From Octopus vulgaris (lineage: Eukaryota), in contig OX597819.1 of assembly GCA_951406725.2 (NCBI GenBank), positions 100,006,001 to 100,070,000 of the forward strand: 64,000 nt of DNA, read 5' to 3'. The position numbers were made by a program, and so were the translations under genes. The notes under the pieces are model-generated. The model had not been told where the DNA came from and ran no database searches. It saw only the letters and a list, made by a program, of their open reading frames with translations. Position 1 is the first letter of the stretch. Each line of letters starts with the position of its first letter. Positions 27,182-39,980 of this stretch are shown here, one piece after another.

Positions 27182-27745
27182 CACTACCTTCAGAAATTAA
27201 TTAGCACCCTTGATTTGCTCACCATGAAGCATGGTGGGGGTGGTCTGATGGTGTGAGGGGCGTTCAGCTACAGTGGTGTTGGGCGGCTCTATGCCGTCGA
27301 AGGCAACATCAACGCAGCAAAGTTCGTTGAGATAGTACGGGATACCTCTTTGGTGGCGAGGAGTACGTGCTGGCCAGTCACCTGACCTGAACCCTATTGA
27401 GAACCTCTGGAGTCGATTGGGTAGGGATTTGAATGTGCAGCAATACAGGAATCGACACGAGCTGTTTGGGGCACTTCTTGCTGCATGAGGGGCCATCCCT
27501 GCACAGTACCTGCAGGCACTCATAGACAGCATGCCGACCCGCGTAGCAGCTGTCATTGCTGCCAAAGGAGGAGCAACAAGATATTGACTAAATTTCACGA
27601 TTAATAACAATTATGTGGTGTGCTGGGATATGTTTTCATAAATTTTTGATTAAAAACGAGTTCGGTTCTGATAATAAGTTAATTAAATTAAGAAAATGTA
27701 AGAAAATGTAGAAATTTGAGAAGTGCTAATTAATTTCCGTCGCAA

Positions 27746-27748
<3 letters not shown>
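27182..27748 (+). mobile_element. Tc1-family DNA transposon, internal-deletion derivative with both TIRs
   Basis: Imperfect TIRs CACTACCTTCAGAAATTAATTAGCAC / GTGCTAATTAATTTCCGTCGCAAGTG, flanked by TA. Internal KHGGGGLMV*GAFSYSG, QSPDLNPIENLW and LIDSMPTRVAAVIAAKGGATRY*. Confidence 0.93.
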
Positions 27749-27791
<43 letters not shown>

Positions 27792-29814
27792 GTATGTGTA
27801 TGTATGCATGTGTGTGTATATCTGCCTATCTATTTCTCTCTCACTCTCCCTCTCTCCTTGCTTTCATGTGTGTATGTATGTATAACTCCTAGCCGTTGGT
27901 GTGGCGAATTTTCGTGACTCTCTGATATCACAGGTCCTCCATCAGAAATTTGTTTCGCATTTATTGAGTGAAATTGAACAATCTTAAACTGCTGATTTCA
28001 AAAATTAGAAAGAAATAATCTTATCACGTCCAATTTCTTCTCAAAAACGAGCATTGCATTTTACCATTATGACCGAATTTCAGTTTGTCTTTTATTATTA
28101 CTATTAATTTCCATATTCAAATTGAATATAACAGGCGTGAGAAATTCAAAATATTCAAAATATTGCTCTTTTCAAAACAAAAGACGAAAATTCTAAATCC
28201 GAAACTACACCGGAAATAGTCGACACTATTACCAAAAACTTCTTTCATACGGATTTACCCAGAAAACTTGAATAACGAAAGCGTTCGTACATATGATACC
28301 CACAACTTGAAACTTTTTTCCTAAAATCTTTCGTGAGAATGTTTTTGAAATAAATACTGAATAAATAGCTAATTAAATAGTGGATATCGTTTTAAAAATC
28401 TTTCATAATATACTTAACCCGAATATGCGCTATCAACACTGTCGGGATCCAAACCGAAGCCGGAATAGTTCTGGTGTAAAAAATCCAAGTTTCACAGTCA
28501 TATGGTTTGGCAAAGAGTAAATAATCTAATGAAAAGAAGAAGCAGACAAAGAAAATTCTTTAACACATCGTTAATTATAAGTTACAAATATTTCCGTATT
28601 ATCTCCATTTGCATTGCCGGTTTATGCGAAAATCTTAAAAGTAAGATTACGTAATATTTGCGATTTTAGACATTGGAGAGGCACTTCTTCAGAGTTGCTT
28701 CAAAGATGTGCTTTTACATAGTGCATCCTTGAGACCTTGTTGTACACACACACACACGAACACATGCACACACGCGCGCGCACACACACACGCATATATC
28801 TGAGTTCAAATTATTAATCTAGCAGATGACCATTATTCAAGGTGGGACCAGTAAAAATATAGTTTAATTGCATAAATCCGGTTTTATATATTTTATATAT
28901 TTATATATATTTAATGAATTATATATTTTATTAAGAAAGGAAAATTAGATGGTAATGCCTAAAATTTTCCATCGGTTATTGCTGGCTTACGTGTAATTTT
29001 GTGATATTCAGGTCCGATAATTTATCACATAATAGAGAGCATACGAAAATTTAATGCTATCCTGCGAAATATTTTAGCTTGACACAATGTAACATAGTTC
29101 GAGAATTGTGTTTATCTTCAGCTATTTTGGTTTGGACAAACAGCAATAGTGTCAGAATCACATCCATTTCATTGATATAATTTCTTTGTTTATTTATCTA
29201 TTAATTTATGTATTTGTTCCTTCATGTATTTATTTATATATTTGTTTATTAATGTTAGACTGTCTTGGCTACTAATGATGACGTGCATCTCAAAAATATT
29301 AAATTACTTTTTCGGAATACAAAGGACATTCTTCAGATAGTATAATTAAAATTTCTTCTGTAATTCTACTATTTGCATATGTGAGTATGTATCGGTGTGT
29401 GGGTCCGCCTGAGTATGCGTTTGTGTGCGCTATATCCATACATAAATGCATACATACATGCATATATATGTGTGTAGGGTGTCGGTGGTGTATGTATATT
29501 ACAAGTATACACACATAGATGTACATATGTGTTTCTATACATACAGAAACACAGACACCCCACCGAAACCGACATACACAAGCATATATATAAGTGTGAA
29601 TGTATGCATTATAGATTACGCATGTAAGTTGGGTGCATGGCGTATAAGCATTTGTGATAAACGTGTATGTATATGTGAGTGTCTTTGTTTTTATGTATGC
29701 ATGTATGTATGTATGTATGTATGTATGTATGTATGTATGTATGTATGTATGTATGAATGTATGTATGTATGTATGATGGTATCTTTATATATATATATAT
29801 ATATGCATATATGC

Positions 29815-29845
<31 letters not shown>

Positions 29846-30314
29846 CGCTGTCGCTTCTAGTGTGCTATACATGTATATATGTAAACACACATATATATTG
29901 ACAATCATAATACACATCCTCTTGATACACATACGCATATTTCTATGTAGATATGCCTCTACGTAAGCTCAGCCTTTGTCTCTGTGTGCGTGCATGCACG
30001 CACAAATTCATAGATTTTCCTCTGCTCATTCTTTCAAATATATTACAGAAGAGCGCCTCTTAATTGTCTGGCAGCTAAAATTAGGTTAACTACTGGCATG
30101 TCAAGAAAAGACATATATTTAAATAACACAGGACAAGAAACAATAAAAAAAATTAAAATACCAATATAAAAGAATTAAAAAAAAGGTATGAAGTTGCAAA
30201 GAAAAATATATTTAAAAATATCAAACAACAGACAAATAGAGCCAAACAATGATGTCAATATCAGAGTTGGTGTTGTTAATATATGTTAACTTGTGAGAGA
30301 AGACATGACGTGGA

Positions 30315-30590
<276 letters not shown>

Positions 30591-30664
30591 TTCGTATATC
30601 TGGTTAAATATATTTATAAATGTGTGTGTATATATACATAGGATGTATAGTTTATTCGCTTATA

Positions 30665-30730
<66 letters not shown>

Positions 30731-31143
30731 TATATGTACATAAATATATATATATGAATGCATGTATGAGAGAGAGACAAAGAAAGAGAGAGGCGAGAAA
30801 GAAAGAGAGAGGAAAATAGATAGGGGGGAAGATTGTGTGAAGGGAGGTGGATAGCGAGGAATAGAGAAGGATAGAGAGTGAGATACATTGGAAACGGTGG
30901 GAAGGGTGGTTCATATAGTCCGACTTGAGGACTGCGGGACATTCGGGGTGCTGAAGGAGAGAGGGTGTATGTTAGGTAAATAAATACATGAATAAATTCT
31001 TCAAGTAGCTCAGAGGTAAAGTCAGTTCTTGTCATGCTGTCAATTCCAATTATATTCCAGGGAAGGTTTAGCGTGATTTTCGGCTTTTGAAAATATTTAC
31101 AACCATCCTGTATGTTGCATTGCCGAGGTGACATGTTTGACAA

Positions 31144-31245
<102 letters not shown>

Positions 31246-31989
31246 ATATATATATATGTATATGTGTGTATGTGTATATATATATATTTATATATATATA
31301 TGTATGTATGTATGTATATATATATACATGTTATTATATATACGTATTTATATATATATATGTGTGTGTGTGTGTATGTGTGTGTGTATGTGTGTGTTTG
31401 TATACATATATGTATATGTCATTGTATATCTATACATAAGCATAATTATATATGAATGTCTATACACGCGTATGAAAGTGTATATTACATACATAATATA
31501 TATATATACATACATACATACATACATATTTATATATATATATACGTTTTTTATGTATATCCATATAAACGAATACGCATATAAACAGATGCGCTATAAA
31601 AATGCACGCAAACCTACATATCTATACAAATAAATATACATTTATAGATTCGTATATATATTTCTATACACATTATTTACATATTAAAATGTACTTGACA
31701 TCAATCGTGTAATATCTATCTATCTATTTATATATCTATCTTGAAAGATAGATAGATAGACATAGATACACATACATACACATAGATACACATATCCATT
31801 TATATATTATGTATGTATACTTAAGAACATACAGACATCTTCTAATTATAAGTTTTAGTATTTGTACTGCAAAATGCATTTATCGCATTCTTTATCAGTC
31901 TAAACTTATAAGTAGCTTGCTCTGTGCGTCTCTTTGAATAATAAATTATTTATTATTTTTTTTCTGTGGATTTCTTCCTTTATGTGGAA

Positions 31990-32480
31990 AAAATTATAAA
32001 TGCTCACTTTAGTAATGATTTTGCCACTTATAACTTATGGTAAAATGAGCATCGTCTATCAATGTAGGATATACTTTTGTTTCATTTTCTTGTGTGTACT
32101 TGCGTAACGTATCTCTTGTTTTTAAACTAAATGCTTGTGTCTAGACACAGAATCATTTTTATATTGTTTGGGATGATGAATTTCAGCGGTGACTTGTTCT
32201 CGAGTTCCAATTTCATTTCTCAACGTCTTTTGATGTGTCCATTATAACTAGTATATCGTCTACATATCTACGGCATACAATATTTGAGTTTAGGTGCTAT
32301 TTTGTTTTCAGTGGCAACTAATTAAAATTTGGCTAACGTGGGTGCCAGATCGGGATCCATAGCTGTTCCGTTTTATTATTTCTATAGCTTTCATCTTGAA
32401 TAATTGGTTAGTTATGGGTTTTAATGTTTTTACTACTAGTGTCATGAAAGGATTTCTAATTTTTTTCATCTAACAAAATC
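31990..32480 (-). mobile_element. Penelope-like RT core fragment
   Basis: Minus-strand NGTAMDPDLAPTLAKF (G.AMGS.LAP.LAN) and CRRYVDDILVI. Confidence 0.8.
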
Positions 32481-32744
32481 TCGGTTGTTTCTACAACTGA
32501 AACGTTAGCCTAAAACCATTCTTCTAGGGCAGAATTGGTACCTGCTGGTTTCTTCTAAAATTATTAGAAATTTATGCTCCGTTGGCGATTTTATGTGAGA
32601 AAGTAATAAACTGTAATTTTAGAGGTCGTAAGTAATTGTTTTATTTGGGTATTTGTCCTATGCCATAATATATGCCGGGATAAATCTCCTACGTTATGTG
32701 GAAAGAAAGCGTATCCTATATGTGTGTTTATCATTGTACTATTT

Positions 32745-33075
32745 TATCTGAGTGTTTAGAGTGTCGGAATCACAATCATGAGGTAGTTAGTTCGATTCCC
32801 GGACCGGGCTATGTGTTGTGTTCTTCAGCAAGACACTTTATTTCACGTTACTCCAATTCACTCAGCTGTAAAAAATGAAATGTGACGTCACTGGTGCCAA
32901 GCTGTATCAGCCTTGGCCTTTCCCTTGAGTAACATCAGTGGCGTGTGGAGAGGAGGCTGGTATGCATGGTCGACTTTTGTCTTTCATAAATAACCTTGCC
33001 AGACTTGTGCCTCGGAGGGAAACTTTCCAGGAACAATCTATGATCATTCATGGCCGAAAGGGGACTTTTTTTTAC
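32745..33075 (+). mobile_element. tRNA-derived SINE with family C head and a different 3' half
   Basis: AGTTCGATTCCCGG...TGTGTTCTTCAGCAAGACACTTTATTTCACGTTACTCCAATTCACTCAGCTG is shared with the 11698 element. Sequence after ~32880 is unrelated to that copy. Confidence 0.8.
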
Positions 33076-33479
33076 CCTTCATTACTTTTTATTTACCCTT
33101 TTTCTACCCTTTATTTTAATATCCAATATAGGTATCCGATGGCGACGATCTTTAACAATCAGATGGATAAATTGTGGGTTTAAAGAATGCTTAAACAAAT
33201 CCACTCTGTATGAAAAGAAGACTCCAATACTCAATATTTTGATTATAAAGGTTGAGATGAAGGCATCCATAAAAGCAAAGTTGGGAAGTGAAACTTGAAT
33301 TTTTCCAACAAACTGTATAAGGCTGATCCGCATATACGAAAATCACTAATAACCCTAAATTTAGTAATTAAAAGAGAAACGTATTTTAATACATCTCACG
33401 GATACACACACACACACACAGAGTCACACACATACATGAACATAAACACACATATATATATGTATATAGATATAAATTA

Positions 33480-34070
33480 TCCTTTATTATATTGCCTACT
33501 ATTCTAAATTTTTAACATCTATTCATAAATCCAACAGCATTGACTCTCCTTCAAATACTACCCACAACCACTATTATTTATTTCCCAGTTCTTTACTTCT
33601 ACTACTAATACTAATACTTTCAGTACCTTGTTCACTCATCCTTCCATTTTCTTGAAATGACTCTGTGGTCTCTTCTCCCTTCCCCTGCTCTACCACTCCA
33701 TATACTCCCATCCAGTCACCTACTTCCTCCTGCCTCTATCACGTCTTTGCCTCGTACTATACTTATTGTATCTTTAAATCTCCCTGCATTATGATTTTAT
33801 ACGTTAGAATCTGCTTTATCCACCCCGATGAAGGAGGGCCTGGATTTTACTAATGTTTATACACTTCCGTTACTGGCTGCAAATTTTTGATGAACTATAT
33901 CTACCAACATTATGAAGTAAGTCCGAAACCTCAGAAACAGCTGTCGGATTTGTAATGCCTTCTCTCCTGTAATTCTTTCAGTCTATGCTATTTGAGTAAA
34001 TTTGCTCTATTAAAAAATACATATATATTTTCAAACGTCATCTGAACATTTGAAGTCTGGCTCTCTTTTA
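33480..34070 (+). mobile_element. Penelope-like 3' region with hammerhead-like fold (33818-33949)
   Basis: Pyrimidine-rich tract, then ATCC..CCGATGAAGGAGG...CCTCAGAAACAGCTGTCGGAT, ending at (TA)n. A second copy lies at 54735-54925. Confidence 0.6.
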
Positions 34071-34371
34071 AATATATATATATATATATGTATATACATA
34101 TTGTATATTAAAACCGAACGTTTTATCTGTTTATTTGAATCATCATCTCCATATCTACACGTTTGGATTCCCCTTATAGCCACTCTTTACCCTTCTGACT
34201 TGGTCCTCGGTAAAGTTATCAGAGTGGAAATTTAAAACGCTTCTAAGTGTTTTTTATATCGAGATTTTCTCGAATTCATGTTGAATCTAAATATAGTGTG
34301 TGTTTTATATATACATATATATGCATACATATATGTATATATTATTTAAAAGCAGCAGCAGAAATATAACA

Positions 34372-34418
34372 AAAACTGCTACTCAGAGTTTTCACGTTCC
34401 CGTTCGTCGGACAGTTTT
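34372..34418 (-). ncRNA. Putative minimal hammerhead ribozyme, antisense copy
   Basis: Minus strand AAAACTGT-CCGACGA-ACGGGAACGT-GAAAA-CTCTGAG-TA^GCAGTTTT, with an 8-bp stem I (one G-U) and one extra A in GAAA. Confidence 0.6.
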
Positions 34419-34424
34419 GTCAAC

Positions 34425-34470
34425 AAAACTCTCCGACGAACGGGAACGTGAAACTCTGAGTAACAGCTTT
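34425..34470 (+). ncRNA. Putative minimal type I hammerhead ribozyme (U4C core variant)
   Basis: AAAACTCT-CCGACGA-ACG GGAA CGT-GAAA-CTC T GAG-TA^ACAGCTTT. Stem II is ACG/CGT and stem III is near-palindromic, with predicted GUA cleavage after 34462. Stem I has mismatches in this copy. Confidence 0.65.
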
Positions 34471-34567
34471 TGTTATATTTCTGCTGCTTTTAAATAAAGC
34501 ATATTACTCTACCTCTTGTATTTGAGTACCCTTTTTTCCACCTTGTTTCATATTTATGTGCTTATCC

Positions 34568-34621
<54 letters not shown>

Positions 34622-34718
34622 CATATATATATATAAATATATATATATACATATATATATCTATATATACACATATATACATGCATACATATATGCATAC
34701 ATACATACATACATACAT

Positions 34719-34752
<34 letters not shown>

Positions 34753-35215
34753 CATTATGCGCTAATTAATGCGTATATGTATGTGTGCATATAAACTAAA
34801 GATTAATATAGCAAGCTATTCCGCATGCGCAGTTCATTATGGATGGGGGCCAGATGCTTAGGAAATCTTGTCTCAATTGAATGGACACCGACTTTAAGAA
34901 ACAAAAGGTAAATTTAAGAAAATAAAGAAAATAACTAACATAGCTCTTGGCTCTGTTCCTGTCAGAATTTTTAAAAGCTTCAATAATGCACAACCCAACT
35001 CCCTTTTTTTGCACGTGAATTACATTGTCTGTCACCGTAATTGCCCGCAGAGACACCTGTTTGGACAGGTCGATCAGGTCACGTAAACATTAATGGGGCA
35101 TTCATAATTTACTGGTATATATATATATAGGTGTGTGTGTGTGTGTGTGTGTATGTGTGTGTGTGTGTGAGTGTGTGTGAGTGTGTGTGTGTGTGTGTGG
35201 TGCGCACACACACAC

Positions 35216-35267
<52 letters not shown>

Positions 35268-35271
<4 letters not shown>

Positions 35272-35441
35272 AGCCACTACACACATTTTTCTCTCCTTGT
35301 TTCTTTCTGTGTTCTTTTCTGTGGAAGAGCGTAGGCTCAAAACGTAAAAGACTATTTCTATTCCTGAGCGTTATACTAATACATCTGTTTGCTTTCTACA
35401 CCACCTGTCTTCGTCTTTTGTTTGTTTTTTTCGTAAATTCT

Positions 35442-35445
<4 letters not shown>
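35268..35445 (+). mobile_element. (TA)n-embedded P1 terminus with degenerate hammerhead-like motif
   Basis: TCTTTT-CTGTGGAA-GAGC GTAG GCTC-AAAA-CG-TA-AAAGA at 35313-35351. The 3' part is shared with 8363-8478. Confidence 0.55.
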
Positions 35446-35504
<59 letters not shown>

Positions 35505-35624
35505 CATATATGCATGCATGCTTGTGCAAATGTGCTTATCTACGTCGAGACAAGTACGCAAGTATTGCAAAAACGTTGCAGTTACTTTAGGTTTCTGGGT
35601 GAGATTTTGTACATCCTTTAAAAA

Positions 35625-36283
35625 TTATTGGCTAGAAGTGAGATATAGTACTCCATTCCACTTCATTTGATTTTGCTTGGACTTATCGTGTGCAGTTTGA
35701 AAGTAGATCAAAACAGAAAAATACGCCATTCAGGCAAACAGCCTGAGGAAAATCAACAGTGTTAAACTTATCGCTATAAGGGTTGGAGCCAGAGGATTTA
35801 GGGAGAAATCTGTTCCTTATTATCTAATGAAACAACTCTCAGTTTCTGGGAAGGACAGGACGAAAGCCCTAAAGACAATATCAAAGAGAGCGGGGTGGTG
35901 TTACCGCTGGTTCTGGTCGAGGAGGAACAAAAAGTTGGAACAACAGAGAAGAGTCAACGGAGAGGAGTCACAAGATGAAATCTTCAAGAGGTTAAAATGC
36001 ACGAGTCTCCAATATCCAAGTTCCTAAACAGTATCAGCAGAAGGGCGCCTAGAAGTTATGAACTGGATGCAGCCTGGCCTCATTAGAGTGTAAGAAGCTA
36101 ATAGTCGAAATACTTGCCTAAGGGGTGCGGTTTCTCTCTGAAGAACTGCTGCTGTTCAGCTCTCTTGAGAGTTTCTTACTAGCTTTGCTAATCATAAATA
36201 ACACGCTTAGTGAAAACATTCAACTTGCTGTTACTTCATATCTCTGGGTGAGAATTAAAACAGCTGGTATAAAACAGTAAGTA

Positions 36284-36320
<37 letters not shown>
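35625..36320 (+). mobile_element. HERO/NeSL-like (R2 group) non-LTR element 3' end with restriction-like endonuclease relic
   Basis: DIVLHSTS, then KTEKY, then IRVGARGFREKSV..LMKQLSVSG...KRAGWCYRWFWSRR (cf. EVG.RGF...S...L..LG..G...S.WLW.KR). Followed by a 3' UTR and (AAT)n. Confidence 0.7.
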
Positions 36321-36321
<1 letters not shown>

Positions 36322-36322
<1 letters not shown>

Positions 36323-37250
36323 TCTTTCTTTATTGTCCACCAGGGCCGAGCACAAAACATGGAGGACGATACACAGACGAGGGGCAGTGAGGTTAAACGT
36401 GTAAACAGCCAACAAACAACGATTAACAAAGAGAGTAAATCAGCAATGTTTTTCCAATAGGGGGAGTTCCACCGTAAGGTGACCAAAGAGACCTTACTCA
36501 TTTTGGGCCCCTTAACACCAACGGCTCCTCAGTAAGGCATCCTCCATACTCTCTTCCATCCGGCCTAGAGGCGCTCACTTAGAGCAGGCCCTTTCACGCG
36601 GGCCGTTCTTGCCACATTCACCCACATTTCAACGAACCTACTATGTGACAATACCCCGCATTCCTTTTCAGATGGAACCTGAAAAAGTCAATGAAGGCTT
36701 TCAATCGTGTCCACCATATATCCTCTTTTGCCATAGCCACCAGACAAAGAAAAATTGCCCTCCCTTCTCGGCCAATGGAAGGAGGCAGGGCGATCTTCAC
36801 AATGGACTCAGACGATAGCCGGATCCGTCCTACACGTAAAAATAACTGTTCGACAAAGTTCCACAAATCAACAATGCGCGGACACTGTACGAGAACACGC
36901 AGAACGGTTTCATCGCTCACCATACATTTCGGACAAGCCCGACTGACGTCACACTCGCGCCTTAGAGCTTATCTCGAATCGGCAGCTTCCTCCGGTAACA
37001 CTGCCAGGTTAAGGCTTTCTAGAAGTTATCCATAGTTCCCGACCCGAAAGTGCCCCGGAAAATACCAGCCAGTTGATACATCTCAGCATCCTCAACACAT
37101 GTCTGTACATCATCACGCAACAGGAAGTGACAGCAAATGGACAGTCTGACAAGCGGTACCACAGCAAGCGGAAAGGCAAACGCATCAGCCTGTCCAGCCA
37201 CCGTATGTAGGTAGCCAAAGTATGATAAAAAAGGGATGTCAGAAACAACT
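36322..37250 (-). mobile_element. L1/Tx1-clade LINE 3' fragment
   Basis: Homologous to 20200-20980 (ETVLRVLVQCP, VEQLFLRVGRIRLSSESIVKI, VAMAKEDIWWTRLK). The 3' end is GGCCCTGGTGGACAATAAAGAAAG. Confidence 0.85.
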
Positions 37251-37724
37251 ACATCACATCCCAGGAGAACCATGACTCAGAGAAATTTTTAAAAATTGTG
37301 CTGGCAAGTAGTACCCACATCCTTAGAAAAGGCCTATCAATTTAAATGTTTGTGTTGTATTACGTGAAGATATTTCGCTACTGCCCCTGGCACTTCTCCA
37401 ACCCAAGCTTTCAGTCAAACTGTAACATCTCTTATCCTACACTCACCCTAGGTCACTGGGTGTGTCTCGGCAAGTGATTGTAACAAAGTTGCAGATTAAA
37501 AATAAATAAAATAATAATAATAATAACAATAGTAGTAAAAATAATAATGATAACAACAATAATAATACCAAGAACTGCAACAATGTATAGAGATGTTTCA
37601 GGCTTTTACAATTTGTTTCAAATTGTAGACTCTGGCGGTAATGTTATTTTTTGCTTTTTTCTTTTTTTCTCAAACTATTTCATCGATTCTGGAGGAATGG
37701 CAACCATTAAATCGGAGGATCATC

Positions 37725-37744
37725 ATCACTATCATCACCACCAT

Positions 37745-37794
<50 letters not shown>

Positions 37795-37883
37795 ATACTG
37801 CTGCTGCTGCTACTGCTGCTGCTACTGCTGCTGCTGCTGCTGCTACTGCTGCTACTGCTGCTGCTACAACAACAACAACAACA

Positions 37884-37945
<62 letters not shown>

Positions 37946-37950
37946 AGTTG
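37725..37950. repeat. Compound trinucleotide microsatellite (CAT/CAC)(TAC)n(TGC)n(AAC)n(TAC)n
   Basis: Directly visible. Confidence 0.95.
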
Positions 37951-38271
37951 CTGTTGCAGTTGTTAGATTAGCCATGAGCTATTCCAGCTTATGATGTCGA
38001 AGACGCTGAGGAGGAGACGGAGCAAGATGACGGCGTCAACAATGGTGGAGACGGTGCTGGTGGCGATGGCGGTGGCGGCGGTAGTGATGATAACGATATT
38101 GACGATAAGAATGAAGATGTGGAAGAAAAAGAAGAATACGTAGCCAGACCAACAGTTGAAAGGATATTTGAGGAATATATCTGAGAGATGACGAAACGGA
38201 GCACGTGATTTCCTGATAACCACGTAGGCGTAAGGATCGATTTAGATTTACGTTAGACGATTCATTCACAG

Positions 38272-38329
<58 letters not shown>

Positions 38330-38706
38330 CATTATTATTATTGTTATTATTACTATTATTATTATTATTTCTTCCCATCAGCCTTCTATTCCCACTACCA
38401 GCATAGATTTCCTGCTTGACAAGAAATAGATCTTTAAGCTTTGCGTCGGTGCATGACAGACTCACAAGATCTGCACGTGAGGCCAATAAAAAAAAATTCC
38501 TATCATTGATAGACTTATTTCACAAACGGAAATAGTCTTTCCTCTCTCTCTCTCTCCTTTTCTCTCTCTCACTCTCTCTTTCTCTAAGTCTCCATTCCTC
38601 TTTTTCCTTGTATGTATTGTACACACTCACACACGCAGCTACACACGCACACACGCATATGTATATATGAATGTATATATGTATGTATACATGTGTGTGA
38701 GAGTGG

Positions 38707-38750
<44 letters not shown>

Positions 38751-38820
38751 GCATATATATGCTTATAAATCTAAACCTTTATGCATATGCCTATTTACAT
38801 GTATCCGTAGGTACTCGTAT

Positions 38821-38888
<68 letters not shown>

Positions 38889-39418
38889 GCATAAATACGT
38901 ATAGTATGTATATGTATATATTTATATATGTATATTTATATGCATGAGTATGTAGGATATGAATTCGATTATTCTATCACTCTGCAAAGAAGAAAAATAG
39001 TGAGAAATGGGTAACAGATAGAGAAGATAAATGAAGGAGAGATGATGGAAAACACTTCTCAGTCATTTTTCTCCAATCTATTTTCTTCTAATCGCTTGTC
39101 CCGTGATGCTCTGGTCAAAGAGCGTTGCTTTATATCTCTGCCCACTTCATGGCTTCATTTTCCTAACGTTCAGCTATTAAAAAATGTCCGTGTTCTCATT
39201 CTTCTGATTTTCAGAAATAATTCTAGCTTCTCATTTCTTTAGATCGAATTTTTACCTATTTTCCCTCTTTTGTTTACGTGATTGTTTTACTTGTTATATT
39301 TTTCGTATACGGTGTTGTCCAAGTTTTTGCTATTGTTGTTATGAAGAAATGCTTTTGGTATACGAGCAACTCATCATCATCATCGTCATCGTCATAGTTA
39401 TTATTATTATTGTTGTTG

Positions 39419-39497
<79 letters not shown>

Positions 39498-39746
39498 AAT
39501 TATTTATCAGTAAATGCTTCAGGAAAAGTATGATTGATCTTTCAGATGCAGGCTTTGAAATGTCATATTTGCTGTGGAGCGAATAGGTACGAGTGCAGAT
39601 GTCATAAGTGATATATAATTCTATTTACATAAGTGGAATTTGGACTAACGTCGAAAGCAGGTAGCACGGCAATGATTTGTAGTTTTAGTGAAAGTAAACA
39701 AAGCTGTTCCCAAACCGTATTCGAGTTCTGCTTCCTGATATTTTCT

Positions 39747-39825
<79 letters not shown>

Positions 39826-39901
39826 TATATATATGTATATATACATATATATATATGTATGTATATATATATGTATATATATATATATGTATCTATGTAT
39901 G

Positions 39902-39977
<76 letters not shown>

Positions 39978-39980
<3 letters not shown>

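Larger units (their letters stand above)
34342..34570. mobile_element. (TA)n-embedded palindromic mini-element with two opposed minimal hammerhead folds (Penelope-like terminus with inverted duplication)
   Basis: Arms 34342-34420 and 34423-34497 are near-perfect reverse complements, followed by an unpaired 3' tail to 34570. Confidence 0.75.

Noticed and set aside
30780-31143. Possible Penelope GIY-YIG C-terminus plus pyrimidine-rich UTR on the minus strand
   Set aside because: The layout resembles other termini, but I could read no diagnostic protein motif.
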